Of a stretch of DNA of 64,000 nt, positions 36,070-47,095 are shown piece after piece. Made by a program: the position numbers and the translations under genes. Source of the DNA: Eubacteriales bacterium. GTDB lineage: Bacteria > Bacillota > Clostridia > Lachnospirales > Lachnospiraceae. The DNA is taken from contig JAUNAK010000003.1 in the NCBI GenBank assembly GCA_030527665.1, forward strand, positions 10,942 to 74,941, in the 5' to 3' direction. Each line of letters opens with the position of its first letter. The stretch's first letter is position 1. The notes beneath the pieces were generated by a model. That model was not told the origin of the DNA, made no database searches, and worked only from the letters and a program-made list of their open reading frames with translations.

Positions 36070-37719
36070 TTATGCTTCTGCAAACGAATCCTTGTTCACA
36101 TTCGCACAAGCAAAAGCAACGTTGATCGCATGGTCGGAACATCTCTCCAGATCGGTTGCCATATCGGTGAAGATTACACCGCCGGCCGGATCACAGGATG
36201 CCTTCATCAGGCGACGGATATGCGAGTTGACAACTTCGATCTGCAGGTCATCGACCAGCTGCTCCAGACGATCTGCCTCACCCAGTCTGTCATAGTCTTC
36301 ATGCTCAAAAATACTCATGGATACAAGGATCGATTCCATGGATGCATCTGCCAGCTTCTTCAGCTCGGCAAGTCCGGTTTCGGTGATCACTGCTTTTCTG
36401 CTTCGCATCTGCTGCTGGTACTCAACGATATTCTCCGCATGATCGGAAATACGTTCGATATCGGATACAACAAGGATCATCTGAGAAATATCCTCGTTTG
36501 CCTTCTCGGAATAATTCTCCGCCTTCAATGCGATCAGTTTCTCCTGAATGGCATCGGTCAGAATATCTACGGTCTCCTCATCTTCCAGAACCCGCTCTGC
36601 CAGCTTGTCATCCATATTGAAGAAGGCATCGATGGCATCCTGCAGACTGTCTGTTGCGATCTTGCCCATACGGGAGATCTCCATACGTGCCTGCTGCAGT
36701 GCCACGGAAGACGGGAATGAGGTTCCGGTCTGCACCATGTAGTGGATCCTGCGGTCCTCGATCTTCTTGCTCTCTGCTGCCTTCATCGGAATAATGAGCT
36801 TGGACAGCTTTACGATTGCTCCTGCCAGCGGCATCTCGATCAATACGGCAAGCAGCGCAAAGATCGTATGTGTATTTGCCACCTGACGTCCGATACTTCC
36901 CGGTGTCAGATTCTGAATGAACTCCAGGAACTGCGGGAAGAGATTGATCAGAAGGATCATGATCACTGCACGGATCACATTGAACAGTAGATTCAGTACA
37001 GCGGTTCTTTTACCATTTCTGTTTGTCGTCAGGGAAGCCAGAATATTCGGTGTAACCGAACCGATCGCTGCACCGATCACCAGATAGACCGCCATATGAT
37101 AGCTGATCAGCCCCTGGATCGCAAAGGTCTGAAAAATAACGACTGATGAAGAGGAACTCTGCAGCAGAGCAGTAAAGATAATTCCAAATACAACGGCAAT
37201 AGCCGGATTCTCCAATGTCGAAAGGAAGGAAATAAACTCCTGGCTTGCCGACAGCGGAACAATGGCTTCCTTGATCACGGAAATACCGAAAAACAGCATA
37301 CCGAAGCCCATGATAATGCAGCCGATATACTTGATCGTATTTTTCTTCAGGAAGAGGAACATGATCGCACCGATAAAAAGAATGAACGGTGCATATGCGC
37401 CCAGGTTGAAAGCGGTGATCTGTGCGGTGATGGTCGTACCGATATTGGCACCCATGATTACACCGATTGCCTGCAGCAATGTCATCATTCCCGAGTTAAC
37501 AAAGCTGATTACCATCATGTCGGTAGCCGAAGAACTCTGCACCAGCAAAGTTACAAGAATACCGACGAGAACCGCAAGGAAGCGGTTGGCTGTCGCATGC
37601 TCCAGGATCACACGCATCTTATCTCCCGCAGCACTCTTCAGACCGGAGGACATGATACTCATTCCGTACAGGAAGAGACCTACGCCGCCCATCAATGAAA
37701 AAAACTCATAAACAGTCAT
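36070..37719 (-). CDS. Na/Pi cotransporter family protein with PhoU-like C-terminal domains
   Basis: LVQSSSAT, GANIGTTITAQ, LLQSSSS motifs and DIERISDHAENI / DLERCSDHA PhoU repeats. Confidence 0.92.
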   Translation of the reverse strand: MTVYEFFSLMGGVGLFLYGMSIMSSGLKSAAGDKMRVILEHATANRFLAVLVGILVTLLVQSSSATDMMVISFVNSGMMTLLQAIGVIMGANIGTTITAQITAFNLGAYAPFILFIGAIMFLFLKKNTIKYIGCIIMGFGMLFFGISVIKEAIVPLSASQEFISFLSTLENPAIAVVFGIIFTALLQSSSSSVVIFQTFAIQGLISYHMAVYLVIGAAIGSVTPNILASLTTNRNGKRTAVLNLLFNVIRAVIMILLINLFPQFLEFIQNLTPGSIGRQVANTHTIFALLAVLIEMPLAGAIVKLSKLIIPMKAAESKKIEDRRIHYMVQTGTSFPSSVALQQARMEISRMGKIATDSLQDAIDAFFNMDDKLAERVLEDEETVDILTDAIQEKLIALKAENYSEKANEDISQMILVVSDIERISDHAENIVEYQQQMRSRKAVITETGLAELKKLADASMESILVSMSIFEHEDYDRLGEADRLEQLVDDLQIEVVNSHIRRLMKASCDPAGGVIFTDMATDLERCSDHAINVAFACANVNKDSFAEA

Positions 37720-37869
37720 ATCAATTCTCCTACTATTTGGTTTTTGATGCCGTTATTACTATAGCACCTTTTTGCGGATGCCGCAGTTATTTTTTTCATC
37801 TAATACAGAAGACTTACTTCCTATTTTCATAAAAAGCAGCCGATTCCCTTCGGAATCCCCTTGCTTTCA

Positions 37870-39006
37870 TTAAAACGGCGGCCTGGAAAGCACTTCCGCA
37901 GCTTCCTCCAGAAGATCCCGGATCTGCAGATGCTGCGGGCAGATCTCCTCGCAGGAGCCGCACTTGATACAGTCTTCCGGTTTTCCGTTATCCCTGATTG
38001 CATGCTGATACATTCCGAAAGCAGGGAAATCCTGTCTGCGTTTTTTCACGTTCCAGGCAGAGAAAATATCCGGGATCGCGATCTGCTGCGGGCAGTCCTT
38101 CGTACAGTATCTGCAGCCGGTACAGGGAATCTGTCCTTCTTCACGCAGATATCTGCCGATATCCAGCAGTGTCTGCATCTCGTTCTCATCCAATGGTTTC
38201 GGCTCCACCATGCAGGAAAGATTGCTTTCCATCTGCTCCATATTGCTCATACCCGAAAGCACCATGAACATCTGATCAAAATGCTCGGCAAACCGAAGCG
38301 CATAGCTTGCATAATCCGCGCCGGAATCTCCGATCAATGCATCCAGCCTTGCCTTCTGGGAATCCGGCAGATTGATCAGACTTCCGCCCTTTACCGGCTC
38401 CATAACCAGTACGGGTACACCATGCTTTACACAAACCTCATAGCAGGCACGGCTCTGTACCGTTTCCTCCTCATAATCCAGATAATTGAACTGGATCTGT
38501 ACGACCTCGATCTCCGGATGATCCGTCAGGATCTTATCCAGAAACTCCGCATTGTCATGGAAGGAAAGGCCTACATGATGAACCTTGCCCTCTTTCTTCA
38601 GTTCCTGTGCCACTTCATAGGCCCGGGCATTCTGATACTGGTCATAGCAGCCACGTCCCTGGGCATGCATCAGATAGAAATCAAAATAGTCCACTCCACA
38701 GCATTCCAGCTGCTTTTCAAACAGCGGACGAATGTCTTCTTCCTTCTGGAAATAGTTCTGAGACAGCTTGTTGGTCAGAATGAAGGCTTCTCTCGGATAC
38801 CGTCTTACCAGACACTCCCGAATGGCGATCTCACTCTTCTCATCCAGATATCCGTGTGCGGTGTCAAAATAATTCAGTCCTGCATCCATAAAGCGGTCCA
38901 CCATCCGGCGGAATGTTTCATAGTCCACTTCCCCCTGCTTCATCGGAAGACGCATGCATCCAAATCCAAATCTTCCTTTTACTTCGTTAAAAAACCTGTT
39001 CTCCAT
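37870..39006 (-). CDS. Aldo/keto reductase with C-terminal Fe-S domain
   Basis: GFGCMRLP, YFDTAHGY, GLSFHD, VMEPVKGG motifs; CTGCRYC and CIKCGSCEEICPQ. Confidence 0.9.
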   Translation of the reverse strand: MENRFFNEVKGRFGFGCMRLPMKQGEVDYETFRRMVDRFMDAGLNYFDTAHGYLDEKSEIAIRECLVRRYPREAFILTNKLSQNYFQKEEDIRPLFEKQLECCGVDYFDFYLMHAQGRGCYDQYQNARAYEVAQELKKEGKVHHVGLSFHDNAEFLDKILTDHPEIEVVQIQFNYLDYEEETVQSRACYEVCVKHGVPVLVMEPVKGGSLINLPDSQKARLDALIGDSGADYASYALRFAEHFDQMFMVLSGMSNMEQMESNLSCMVEPKPLDENEMQTLLDIGRYLREEGQIPCTGCRYCTKDCPQQIAIPDIFSAWNVKKRRQDFPAFGMYQHAIRDNGKPEDCIKCGSCEEICPQHLQIRDLLEEAAEVLSRPPF

Positions 39007-39144
39007 ACTTACCTCCTATCTTGTCTCTTACCTATACATAGCTGCACCCGGCCTCCATCCTGCCGGATCCTTCTGCAAGCTTCCTGCTTTATTTTTTTCT
39101 GCATATCCATATGCAGAATTCCGGCATCTGCCTTCCATTCGCCC

Positions 39145-40506
39145 TTATGCATCTCTCCCGGAATGAAGTCGCTTGTCCGCTGCCTTCAGACTATAGGCAC
39201 AGATCGGCACGATATAGGCAACAGCAGCTACCCAGGCCGCCTGATCCGCAAAACAGATCGCCGTATATCCCAGACTGCCGATCAGCAGTGTACAGACCGC
39301 GATTCGCGCGAACATCTCCATTACACCTGCGAACATGGCTCTCCCCGAAAATCCCAGACTCTGTGTAGCCATCCGGACAATATTCAGAATTCCGAGCAGC
39401 CAGTAAAAATAGCCCATGCAGCGAAGATATTTCGCTGATGCCGCCAGAACCGCCTCCGCCTGATAGGCATCCGCCCGGATAAACAGCCGGGACATTGCCG
39501 TTCCACCAAAGATCAGGAGCAGACCGGAAAGAATTCCGTAGCTGACGCCGATCGTTACCCCTTTCTTCAGTCCTTCGCGAACACGATCCATTTTGCCTGC
39601 ACCAAAATTCTGACTTCCGAAAACCGATACACCGGTTGCCAGTGCATCAAATGGCCCCATTGTCAGACTCTTGATTCGAATACCAACCGTAAAACCGGAT
39701 ACATAACAGCTTCCCAGTGCATTATTTGCCGACTGCATGACCATATTGCCGATACCGGTAATGGAAAACTGCAGTCCGACCGGAACGCCGACTCCCAGCA
39801 TTTCCTTCACTCTCGCTTTGACCAGATGACACTCTTCTTTTTTCGGACGCAGGATCGCAAATTTCTTCCATATAATAACCAATCCGCCGATACCGCTGAC
39901 TGCCTGCGCGATCACCGTTGCGGCCGCCGCACCGGCACAACCCAGCTGCAGGACCAGAATACAGAGCAGATCCAGCAGCACATTTAATATGGTAGAAAAG
40001 ACCAGCAGATAGAATGGTGTTCTGGAATCACCGACCGCCCGCAGCAGACTTGCATCCAGATTATATAAAATCGTAAACGGAAGTCCGAAAAACAGAATCA
40101 GCAGATAGCTGTATGCATCCGGATAGATCTCCGCAGGCACCTTCAGCACATGCAGAATCGATGCACACAGAACGGTACAGAGTGTTGTCACCAGAACGGC
40201 CAGTCCGGCAGCCAGTACCAGCGAATGGAACACACAGCTTCGCATCTCCCGGTATTTCCCGGCCCCGAAATACTTGGCTGTCGGTACTCCGAATCCGCTG
40301 CTCAGACCGATGCAGAATCCCAGCACCATGAACTGCACACTGCTGGAAGCCCCCAGACCGGCAATTGCCGTCGTTCCGAGATACCGTCCGACGATCACTG
40401 CATCTGTCAGGTTATAGACCTGCTGCAGCAGATTTCCTATAAAAACAGGAAAAGCAAACCGCAGGATCAAAGGCAGTATTTTTCCTGTTGTCATATCATT
40501 TGTCAT
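39145..40506 (-). CDS. MATE family efflux transporter
   Basis: GNLLQQVYNLTDAVIVG, RAVGDSRTP and GSQNFGAGK motifs. Confidence 0.92.
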   Translation of the reverse strand: MTNDMTTGKILPLILRFAFPVFIGNLLQQVYNLTDAVIVGRYLGTTAIAGLGASSSVQFMVLGFCIGLSSGFGVPTAKYFGAGKYREMRSCVFHSLVLAAGLAVLVTTLCTVLCASILHVLKVPAEIYPDAYSYLLILFFGLPFTILYNLDASLLRAVGDSRTPFYLLVFSTILNVLLDLLCILVLQLGCAGAAAATVIAQAVSGIGGLVIIWKKFAILRPKKEECHLVKARVKEMLGVGVPVGLQFSITGIGNMVMQSANNALGSCYVSGFTVGIRIKSLTMGPFDALATGVSVFGSQNFGAGKMDRVREGLKKGVTIGVSYGILSGLLLIFGGTAMSRLFIRADAYQAEAVLAASAKYLRCMGYFYWLLGILNIVRMATQSLGFSGRAMFAGVMEMFARIAVCTLLIGSLGYTAICFADQAAWVAAVAYIVPICAYSLKAADKRLHSGRDA

Positions 40507-40517
40507 TTCATTTCCTC

Positions 40518-42080
40518 TTACATCAGCGGTGCCATGATCTTCAGAACGCCGCCCATAACTTTATATGTAATCTTTTCTTTTTTGATCGTTTCCGGTGTTA
40601 CCTCCCTGCATTTTGCAAGTGTATCCTGAAAATCCTTCTCCATATCCGCAATGCAGGAAGTTTTATACATATAGGCCGCACACTCAAAATGATGATACAG
40701 ACTTCGGTAATCCATATTGATCGTACCGACAACTCCCTTTTCATCATCACTGACAAATACCTTTGCATGCACAAAGCCCGGCGTATATTCATAGAGTTTC
40801 ACACCTGCATGTATCAGTTCTCTGTAATGTGTCTTGGCAAGTGCATAGGCATAGGTCTTGTCCGGAATCCCCGGAAGAATGATTCGTACATCAACACCGC
40901 GCATTGCCGCATATTTCAGCGCATTTTCCAGTTCGTTATCCAGAATCAGATACGGTGTCATGATATGCACATAGGTTTTAGCCCGGTTCAGGATATCCAT
41001 GTACACATTTTCCCCTACCTTGTCGTTATCCAGAGGGGAATCGCAATACGGGATCACATATCCATCCGACCTTTCTGCTTTGCAGCCTTTTGCAATTGGT
41101 TCCCAGGCATCATCTGCTTCATCGATATTCCACATCTGCAGAAACATCAGCGTAAAGCTGCGGACGGCTTCACCCCTGAGCATAACGGCGGTATCCTTCC
41201 AGTGTCCGTAGTGCTCTACACGGTTGATATATTCATCCGCCAGATTAATGCCTCCGGTAAATGCCGTTTTTCCGTCGATCACGAGGATCTTCCGATGATC
41301 CCGGTAATTGTACTGGGTAGACATAAACGGCATCAACGGTTCAAAAGGCTTGCACTGGATTCCAAGTTTCTTCATCCGCTGCGGATAATCATGCGGCAGA
41401 AGCACCGCCTCGCACATGCCGTCGTACATAACCCGGACATCCACCCCCTGTGCGGCCTTTTCCGCCAGTATTTTCAGTATACGTCCCCACATGTATCCCT
41501 CATCAATAATGAAAAACTCCATGAAGATAAATTCCTCTGCCTTCTGCAGTTCTTCCAGCATTTTTTCAAAGGTGTTTTCTCCCAGAGGAAAGTATACGGC
41601 TTCTGTATTTTTATAAAGAGGAAAACAACCGCTCCGGTTCAGATAGCGACAGAGATCATCGGTAGCGGACCCTTCGATCTCCGGATCAGCAAACACCTCC
41701 GGATCCTGTTCCAGCATGCCTTTGCTTTTCCCGATCAGCCCGTTGACTCTTCGCATGGTCATTCGATGTCCCAGATCCGTCCGTGTATACCAGAGCAGGA
41801 TCGTGGCAGGAATCGGAAACAAAGTGATCAGAAACATCCACGTCAGCTTTGCGGTCGCGTCCATCTCACAGTTAAATAGATAGATCACCATTCCGACCGC
41901 AAAAACATACTGAACGACAGTCAGCCATTTAAAATACTCTCCGAACCAGCGGAAAAATGCCACAATGACCATCAATTCCAGCAAAAGCAGCAGAAAAGCC
42001 ATTCCGAACCGGCTGAATACGATTCGAAGCAGTCCTTTTTTCTTATGAGGGATCAGCTGCAAAATTTCATTCTCATCCAT
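40518..42080 (-). CDS. cls: Cardiolipin synthase
   Basis: Two HKD motifs (HRKILVIDG, HAKVFVSD) and N-terminal TM segments; start chosen at MDENEI. Confidence 0.92.
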   Translation of the reverse strand: MDENEILQLIPHKKKGLLRIVFSRFGMAFLLLLLELMVIVAFFRWFGEYFKWLTVVQYVFAVGMVIYLFNCEMDATAKLTWMFLITLFPIPATILLWYTRTDLGHRMTMRRVNGLIGKSKGMLEQDPEVFADPEIEGSATDDLCRYLNRSGCFPLYKNTEAVYFPLGENTFEKMLEELQKAEEFIFMEFFIIDEGYMWGRILKILAEKAAQGVDVRVMYDGMCEAVLLPHDYPQRMKKLGIQCKPFEPLMPFMSTQYNYRDHRKILVIDGKTAFTGGINLADEYINRVEHYGHWKDTAVMLRGEAVRSFTLMFLQMWNIDEADDAWEPIAKGCKAERSDGYVIPYCDSPLDNDKVGENVYMDILNRAKTYVHIMTPYLILDNELENALKYAAMRGVDVRIILPGIPDKTYAYALAKTHYRELIHAGVKLYEYTPGFVHAKVFVSDDEKGVVGTINMDYRSLYHHFECAAYMYKTSCIADMEKDFQDTLAKCREVTPETIKKEKITYKVMGGVLKIMAPLM

Positions 42081-42322
42081 ACACTCTACTCCCACCTGCA
42101 ATGTCTTACGGATACATCATCCAGGTACTCTCTTCCTTATATGTAATTCCGTATATTCTCTTTCGCATTCATATCTTCACTGCATTTCAGCAGCAAGTCC
42201 TTTCTTCCACTGCCGAATTACGAAACATTTATACCTCTTCACTGTAACATAAAACCTGTATTCCCGAAACTGACAGTTGAAAGAAGTTATTTTCGTTTCG
42301 ATACTCTCCATATAAGCAAAGA

Positions 42323-42362
42323 ACGCGGATCGAAGCGCATTTCCTGCGCCGCGATCCGCGGT
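42323..42362 (-). terminator. Terminator-like hairpin
   Basis: CGCGGATCG..GCGCA-loop-TGCGC..CGATCCGCG downstream of the second Na/Pi cotransporter. Confidence 0.6.
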
Positions 42363-42433
42363 TCTGACTGTCTTATTCGATTATTCTTTACACGGAATAT
42401 ATTCTCCGATTCGGATGCATAAAAGCTGTACGA

Positions 42434-44281
42434 TTATTCCGCATCCTCTGCAGCATGCCGTTCTTTCTCTGCCATAACCGGAATCGCCTGCAGCCTGGAA
42501 TAATATTTCACTCTTGTATTCTTGTATGCTTCCTGGAATGCGGAATCCGTGGAATGATGCAGCTGGTGAATATATTCATGCTCATGACCACGGATCTCTG
42601 ATTCTGACAGCTCAGTCAGGTAAATGGAAATATCCGAACACTGGTCAGAGATGGATTCCAGACTGGCAAGTACGTTCTGGAACTGGATACCGCAGTATAC
42701 ATCGCAGGCATTGTGTGCCATACGAGTCACATGACGGGTATTCAGATCGGCTGCCATATCATCAACGACCTCTTCCAGCGGTTCGATCCGTGCTGCCGTA
42801 ACCAGATCACGGTTGCGGACAGCCTGAATAGCAAGATTCAGAATCTCATCGACAGCATCCATAATTACACGAAGCTCGGTAACCGCCGTCTCGGAAAAAT
42901 CCCGATCCACACGTTTCAGTTCCTTCAGTGCACGGGTGATCTCAACAGAAAGATCACCGATCCTCTCAATGCAGACACTGACCTTCAGCTGATAATTCTG
43001 CCGGCGGAAATCACGGTCACGTTTGATATACGGCGTAAGCTGCACCAGATAATGACCGATCGCATCGGTCAGTCGATCCAGTTCATGCTCTCTTCGGTCG
43101 ATATCCGCTTCCCGGGAATCCTTGAACTCGTATACCTGCTGTGTGCAGTCACTGTAATTCTGGTATGCCGTATCCAGCATACGCTTTACAAGCATGGACA
43201 CCTGATCCAGTGCCATGATCGGACTGGTCAGAAGCAGCGGATCCAGTGCATACATCTCACTGTCGGCATCATCCGCATGCTTATCGGATGTACCTTTATC
43301 CGGAACGATCTTCTCGGTAATTCCGGCCAGCAGATTACTGAACGGGAGCAGACAGACAGCCGGAATAATTCGGAACAGACCATGTACGTTGGCAACGCCT
43401 CCGGAATTTAATGATCCGTACCAGATCGTATCATTCAGCAGTCCCGTCATTCTTCCCGCAACCAGCAGAACGACCATCAGCAATGCTGCCAGAATATTGT
43501 AAACCACATGAACCATTGCCGTACGAATCTGTTCCGGTCTGGCACCGATACGGCTTACCAGATAGGTCGTCAGACAGTCACCGATATTTACACCAATGAT
43601 AACTGCAAATACACCATTAAAGGTAACACCAACCGAGCTTGCCACCGACTGTACGATACCGACGACTGCCGAAGAACTCTGGATCACGCCGGTAACTACT
43701 ACACCGGACAGGAATCCCAGCAGATAATTGCTGGCAAATGCTGTCAGCAGATGACTGAGTGTATCGCCGAATACGGAGACAGCATCGCTCATGAAGATCA
43801 GACCCATAAAGAGAACACCAAAGCCGCAGGCCACATTGCCCATGTTCTTCTTTGATTCTCTTTTGGTCGTCATCAGTATGACCATACCGATGATCAATGC
43901 CAGCGGAGCCAGGTTATCTGCTTTAAAGAAATACATGATACTGTTTTCCGCTGACTGCAGGTCCATCAGTCGAATGACCTGCGCAGTAATTGCGGTACCG
44001 ACATTGGCACCAAGTACGATTCCCACCGACTGCTGAAAGGTCAGGAATCCTGCACCGACCAGACCGACGGTCAGCACGATCGTTGCCGTAGAACTCTGAA
44101 TTACACAGGTAACCAGCATTCCCAGCAGGAAAGCAAACACCGGCTTGTTTGTTACTTTCGCCAGCGCGGCTTTCATTGCACCACCGGAATTGGACTTCAA
44201 TCCATCTCCCATGACACGCATACCGTATAGGAACATGGCAAGTCCGCCCAGCAGCGCAATAATGTGATATATAAGAGCCAT
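42434..44281 (-). CDS. Second Na/Pi cotransporter with PhoU-like domains
   Basis: VIQSSTAT, GANVGTAITAQ, IQSSSA and CIERIGD motifs. Confidence 0.9.
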   Translation of the reverse strand: MALIYHIIALLGGLAMFLYGMRVMGDGLKSNSGGAMKAALAKVTNKPVFAFLLGMLVTCVIQSSTATIVLTVGLVGAGFLTFQQSVGIVLGANVGTAITAQVIRLMDLQSAENSIMYFFKADNLAPLALIIGMVILMTTKRESKKNMGNVACGFGVLFMGLIFMSDAVSVFGDTLSHLLTAFASNYLLGFLSGVVVTGVIQSSSAVVGIVQSVASSVGVTFNGVFAVIIGVNIGDCLTTYLVSRIGARPEQIRTAMVHVVYNILAALLMVVLLVAGRMTGLLNDTIWYGSLNSGGVANVHGLFRIIPAVCLLPFSNLLAGITEKIVPDKGTSDKHADDADSEMYALDPLLLTSPIMALDQVSMLVKRMLDTAYQNYSDCTQQVYEFKDSREADIDRREHELDRLTDAIGHYLVQLTPYIKRDRDFRRQNYQLKVSVCIERIGDLSVEITRALKELKRVDRDFSETAVTELRVIMDAVDEILNLAIQAVRNRDLVTAARIEPLEEVVDDMAADLNTRHVTRMAHNACDVYCGIQFQNVLASLESISDQCSDISIYLTELSESEIRGHEHEYIHQLHHSTDSAFQEAYKNTRVKYYSRLQAIPVMAEKERHAAEDAE

Positions 44282-44459
44282 TTCATCCTCCAAGAATTGT
44301 TTCTCTTAATTGTTCGCTGTTTCAACGGGATATTATAGCACAGTTTTTTCAATTCTAAAGGATATTTTTTTAACGAACGGCAGAAAATTTTAAGGACATC
44401 TTCGGCCTTTGTGCATTTTTCCGTACACCATCGGAGTGAAATAGGAGTGATTTAGGCAT

Positions 44460-46856
44460 TTATCCAATCACTCTGGAAATGGTGACCAGCCGCACTTCAT
44501 TGGGCTGCAGCTCCAGACTGAGTCGAAGGCATCCCCGATGGATGATCTGCTCTTCCAGTGTGATCTCCGGCACGGAGATCTGCTTCAGATATTCGATTTC
44601 CTCAAAAGACAGCTCATTATAGCAGTCCATCGCATTCCAGTACTTCAGAACATTTCCTTTTTCCTTATTTAATATCTGATTCTTGATTTTAAATCGATCG
44701 TTGTCTTTTAACCCGTTGATCAGAATCTCAGCTTCAAACGGTTCTTCATCACTGAACAGAGAATCCAGATCCTTGGGGCCGTAGTTTTCTCCCTCCGTAA
44801 TGTAGTAACGGGCTGACAGACGTTTATTATTCCAAAGCAGAATATAATATTCATTTCGTGAATCTGCGGTCACCAGTATATTGTCACGTTTCAGCAACCG
44901 ATATTTTCCCATCTGACGCAGGAAGGTATATACAAAATACACCGGCTTTCGAAGTCCGTCGACAGACAGAATTCCGGCACTGCCATTCAGAACCTTCTCT
45001 GTATCATAGGCGATGCCGATCTGATCCGTAGCGATCCACAATGCCATGGAATCACACAGATCGTATCCCCGCATGATCATCTCTGCGGTTACGCTGCTGC
45101 GGAATTCACTGTCCTGCAGATAATTTCGGTTGGACATACTGAAATTCCACTCGGTAAGCACCAGTTCGCCCTGAAAGTTGTTCTCCTGCAGCACTTCCCT
45201 CAGAATCTGCAGATTTTTCTGAAACTCCACCGGATTATTGGAGAGCTTCCGAAACGGTTCATGGAAAGAAGTCAGGGCATCCTCTCCGTTTGGATTATTA
45301 TAAGGAAAAGAAATACAGGTAAGAATATCCGGCTGGTGCCGGCATTTCATATAGCTGCCGATGATCTGATTCAGAAACTCTCTGTCATTCAGCACATACA
45401 TGCCCGGACCGGCTACCTTGGCCCCAGGAATCTCTCTCCGGATAATATCCACTCCCCGATCCCATACCTGTGTACTCTTATAGGCCGGAGTAATATAATA
45501 TGGCTTTTCATTAAGGAAGAAACCGAACTCAAAGATCCATTCCGAAACGACTGCGCTGCCGTACTTCTTCAGCATATGCCGGATCATCATGGTCAGAAAA
45601 TGTTCCCATTCCTCCGGTGATTCAAACTCCAGCGAATCGAACTTTTTGTACAGCGGCTTGCTCTCATCATCCCAGATCACCTCCGCGCGCTGTCCAAGGT
45701 CAATAAACAGCTTGATATGGTTGGCAACGCAGAAATCCAGCAGAGAATCCAGCCATACAAAACTGAATTTTCTGAGTTCCCTGTTCCAGATAATGACATC
45801 TTCCGAACAGATATTCCAGATACGGATATATTCGATTCCAAGATTTTTCTGCAGATACAGAATATCCCTCTGTACTCTGGCATTATTCAGAAATTTGGCC
45901 GCCCCTACGTTCAGAATTTTATTCTCCCATTTCTTCTGGAAGTGTTCCTCAGAAAAAGAGATATGCATCTGACTCTTTGAAGCGGGCTCATTCTGCACAT
46001 CCGGTACATCGTAGAACTGCTTCAATCGATTGGACAGTATCTTCTGTTCTTTCTTCTCCTCCTCATTATTTCTGTACAGCTTTCGAAACTCTGAAGGGAG
46101 CATATCAAACGTCTCTCGGAATGCACTGCTCATGGCAGATGCATTGGAGAAACCGTTATCGATCGCAATATTGGTGATCGCCTTATCTGTTTTGATCAGT
46201 TCGTTTCGTACCTTCAGCAGACGAACCTTCTTTACATAGGAAACAAAAGACTCACCGGTCATTTCCATGAAGGTTCTGGACAATGTCGATGGAGAAACAT
46301 ACAGCTTATCCGAGAGATTCTTCAGACTGATCTTCTCCGTGCTGCGCAGATAGATATAATCCAGGATTCGCTGTACACGCATATAGCGGGTCATTCCGGG
46401 CATATCTCCTTCGCCGTTGTCGATCACAAAATTATCCAGCAGCACCTTCTGCATAAGCAGACACTCAGACATAAACGTCAGGGAATCCTTTCCATGCAAG
46501 GCAAGGGCCTTCAGAACAGCTTCCAGACTGGTCTGCAGCTCCCGGTACTTCACCCCGCTTTCCTGCATACTGTCACAAAAGAAAAACAGGGAATCCCGAT
46601 TCTTATGGCAGCACAAAGCATAATAATCCATATTGATCAGTACGCCGATGTTCTGGGAGTCTCCCTGCAGGACATATTCCTCTCCTCGTTCCAGAATCGT
46701 AAACTCGCCGGAAAGGTATGTTTTCTGTTCGTTCACAACGATCCGACCGGCGATGCAGTAAACAAGGAGCAATCGATCCGGTTCCGCCATGTCATATATG
46801 GTTTCATCGATCATTTTTATCTCAATATGCAACAGATTCTGATGTACTTCGTTCAT
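44460..46856 (-). CDS. AraC-family regulator fused to a GH39-like domain
   Basis: AraC HTH (LYVSPSTLSRTF...IAIDNGFSNASAMSSAFRETFDMLPSEFR) followed by a GH39-like barrel (YIRIWN, LDSLLDF, LTEWN, GLRKPVY). Start chosen at MNEVH. Confidence 0.82.
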   Translation of the reverse strand: MNEVHQNLLHIEIKMIDETIYDMAEPDRLLLVYCIAGRIVVNEQKTYLSGEFTILERGEEYVLQGDSQNIGVLINMDYYALCCHKNRDSLFFFCDSMQESGVKYRELQTSLEAVLKALALHGKDSLTFMSECLLMQKVLLDNFVIDNGEGDMPGMTRYMRVQRILDYIYLRSTEKISLKNLSDKLYVSPSTLSRTFMEMTGESFVSYVKKVRLLKVRNELIKTDKAITNIAIDNGFSNASAMSSAFRETFDMLPSEFRKLYRNNEEEKKEQKILSNRLKQFYDVPDVQNEPASKSQMHISFSEEHFQKKWENKILNVGAAKFLNNARVQRDILYLQKNLGIEYIRIWNICSEDVIIWNRELRKFSFVWLDSLLDFCVANHIKLFIDLGQRAEVIWDDESKPLYKKFDSLEFESPEEWEHFLTMMIRHMLKKYGSAVVSEWIFEFGFFLNEKPYYITPAYKSTQVWDRGVDIIRREIPGAKVAGPGMYVLNDREFLNQIIGSYMKCRHQPDILTCISFPYNNPNGEDALTSFHEPFRKLSNNPVEFQKNLQILREVLQENNFQGELVLTEWNFSMSNRNYLQDSEFRSSVTAEMIMRGYDLCDSMALWIATDQIGIAYDTEKVLNGSAGILSVDGLRKPVYFVYTFLRQMGKYRLLKRDNILVTADSRNEYYILLWNNKRLSARYYITEGENYGPKDLDSLFSDEEPFEAEILINGLKDNDRFKIKNQILNKEKGNVLKYWNAMDCYNELSFEEIEYLKQISVPEITLEEQIIHRGCLRLSLELQPNEVRLVTISRVIG

Positions 46857-47095
46857 TTCTATCCCCCATAAGGACATTTTCCGCCTATTCGCTCGAATTT
46901 CAACCAATTCAGCTAATAGACCACCCATCGTCCTGCAATTTTCAGTATATCATATCGTGCATAAAAGTTTATATTTTTTTTATTTTGCACATTTCTATTT
47001 CATAAATTTGCGATTCATACTATTCGAATCCAACATCATCTGTTACAATTCCATATGTATTATGCATCTACTAATTCAATAAAGGAGACGTTGTA

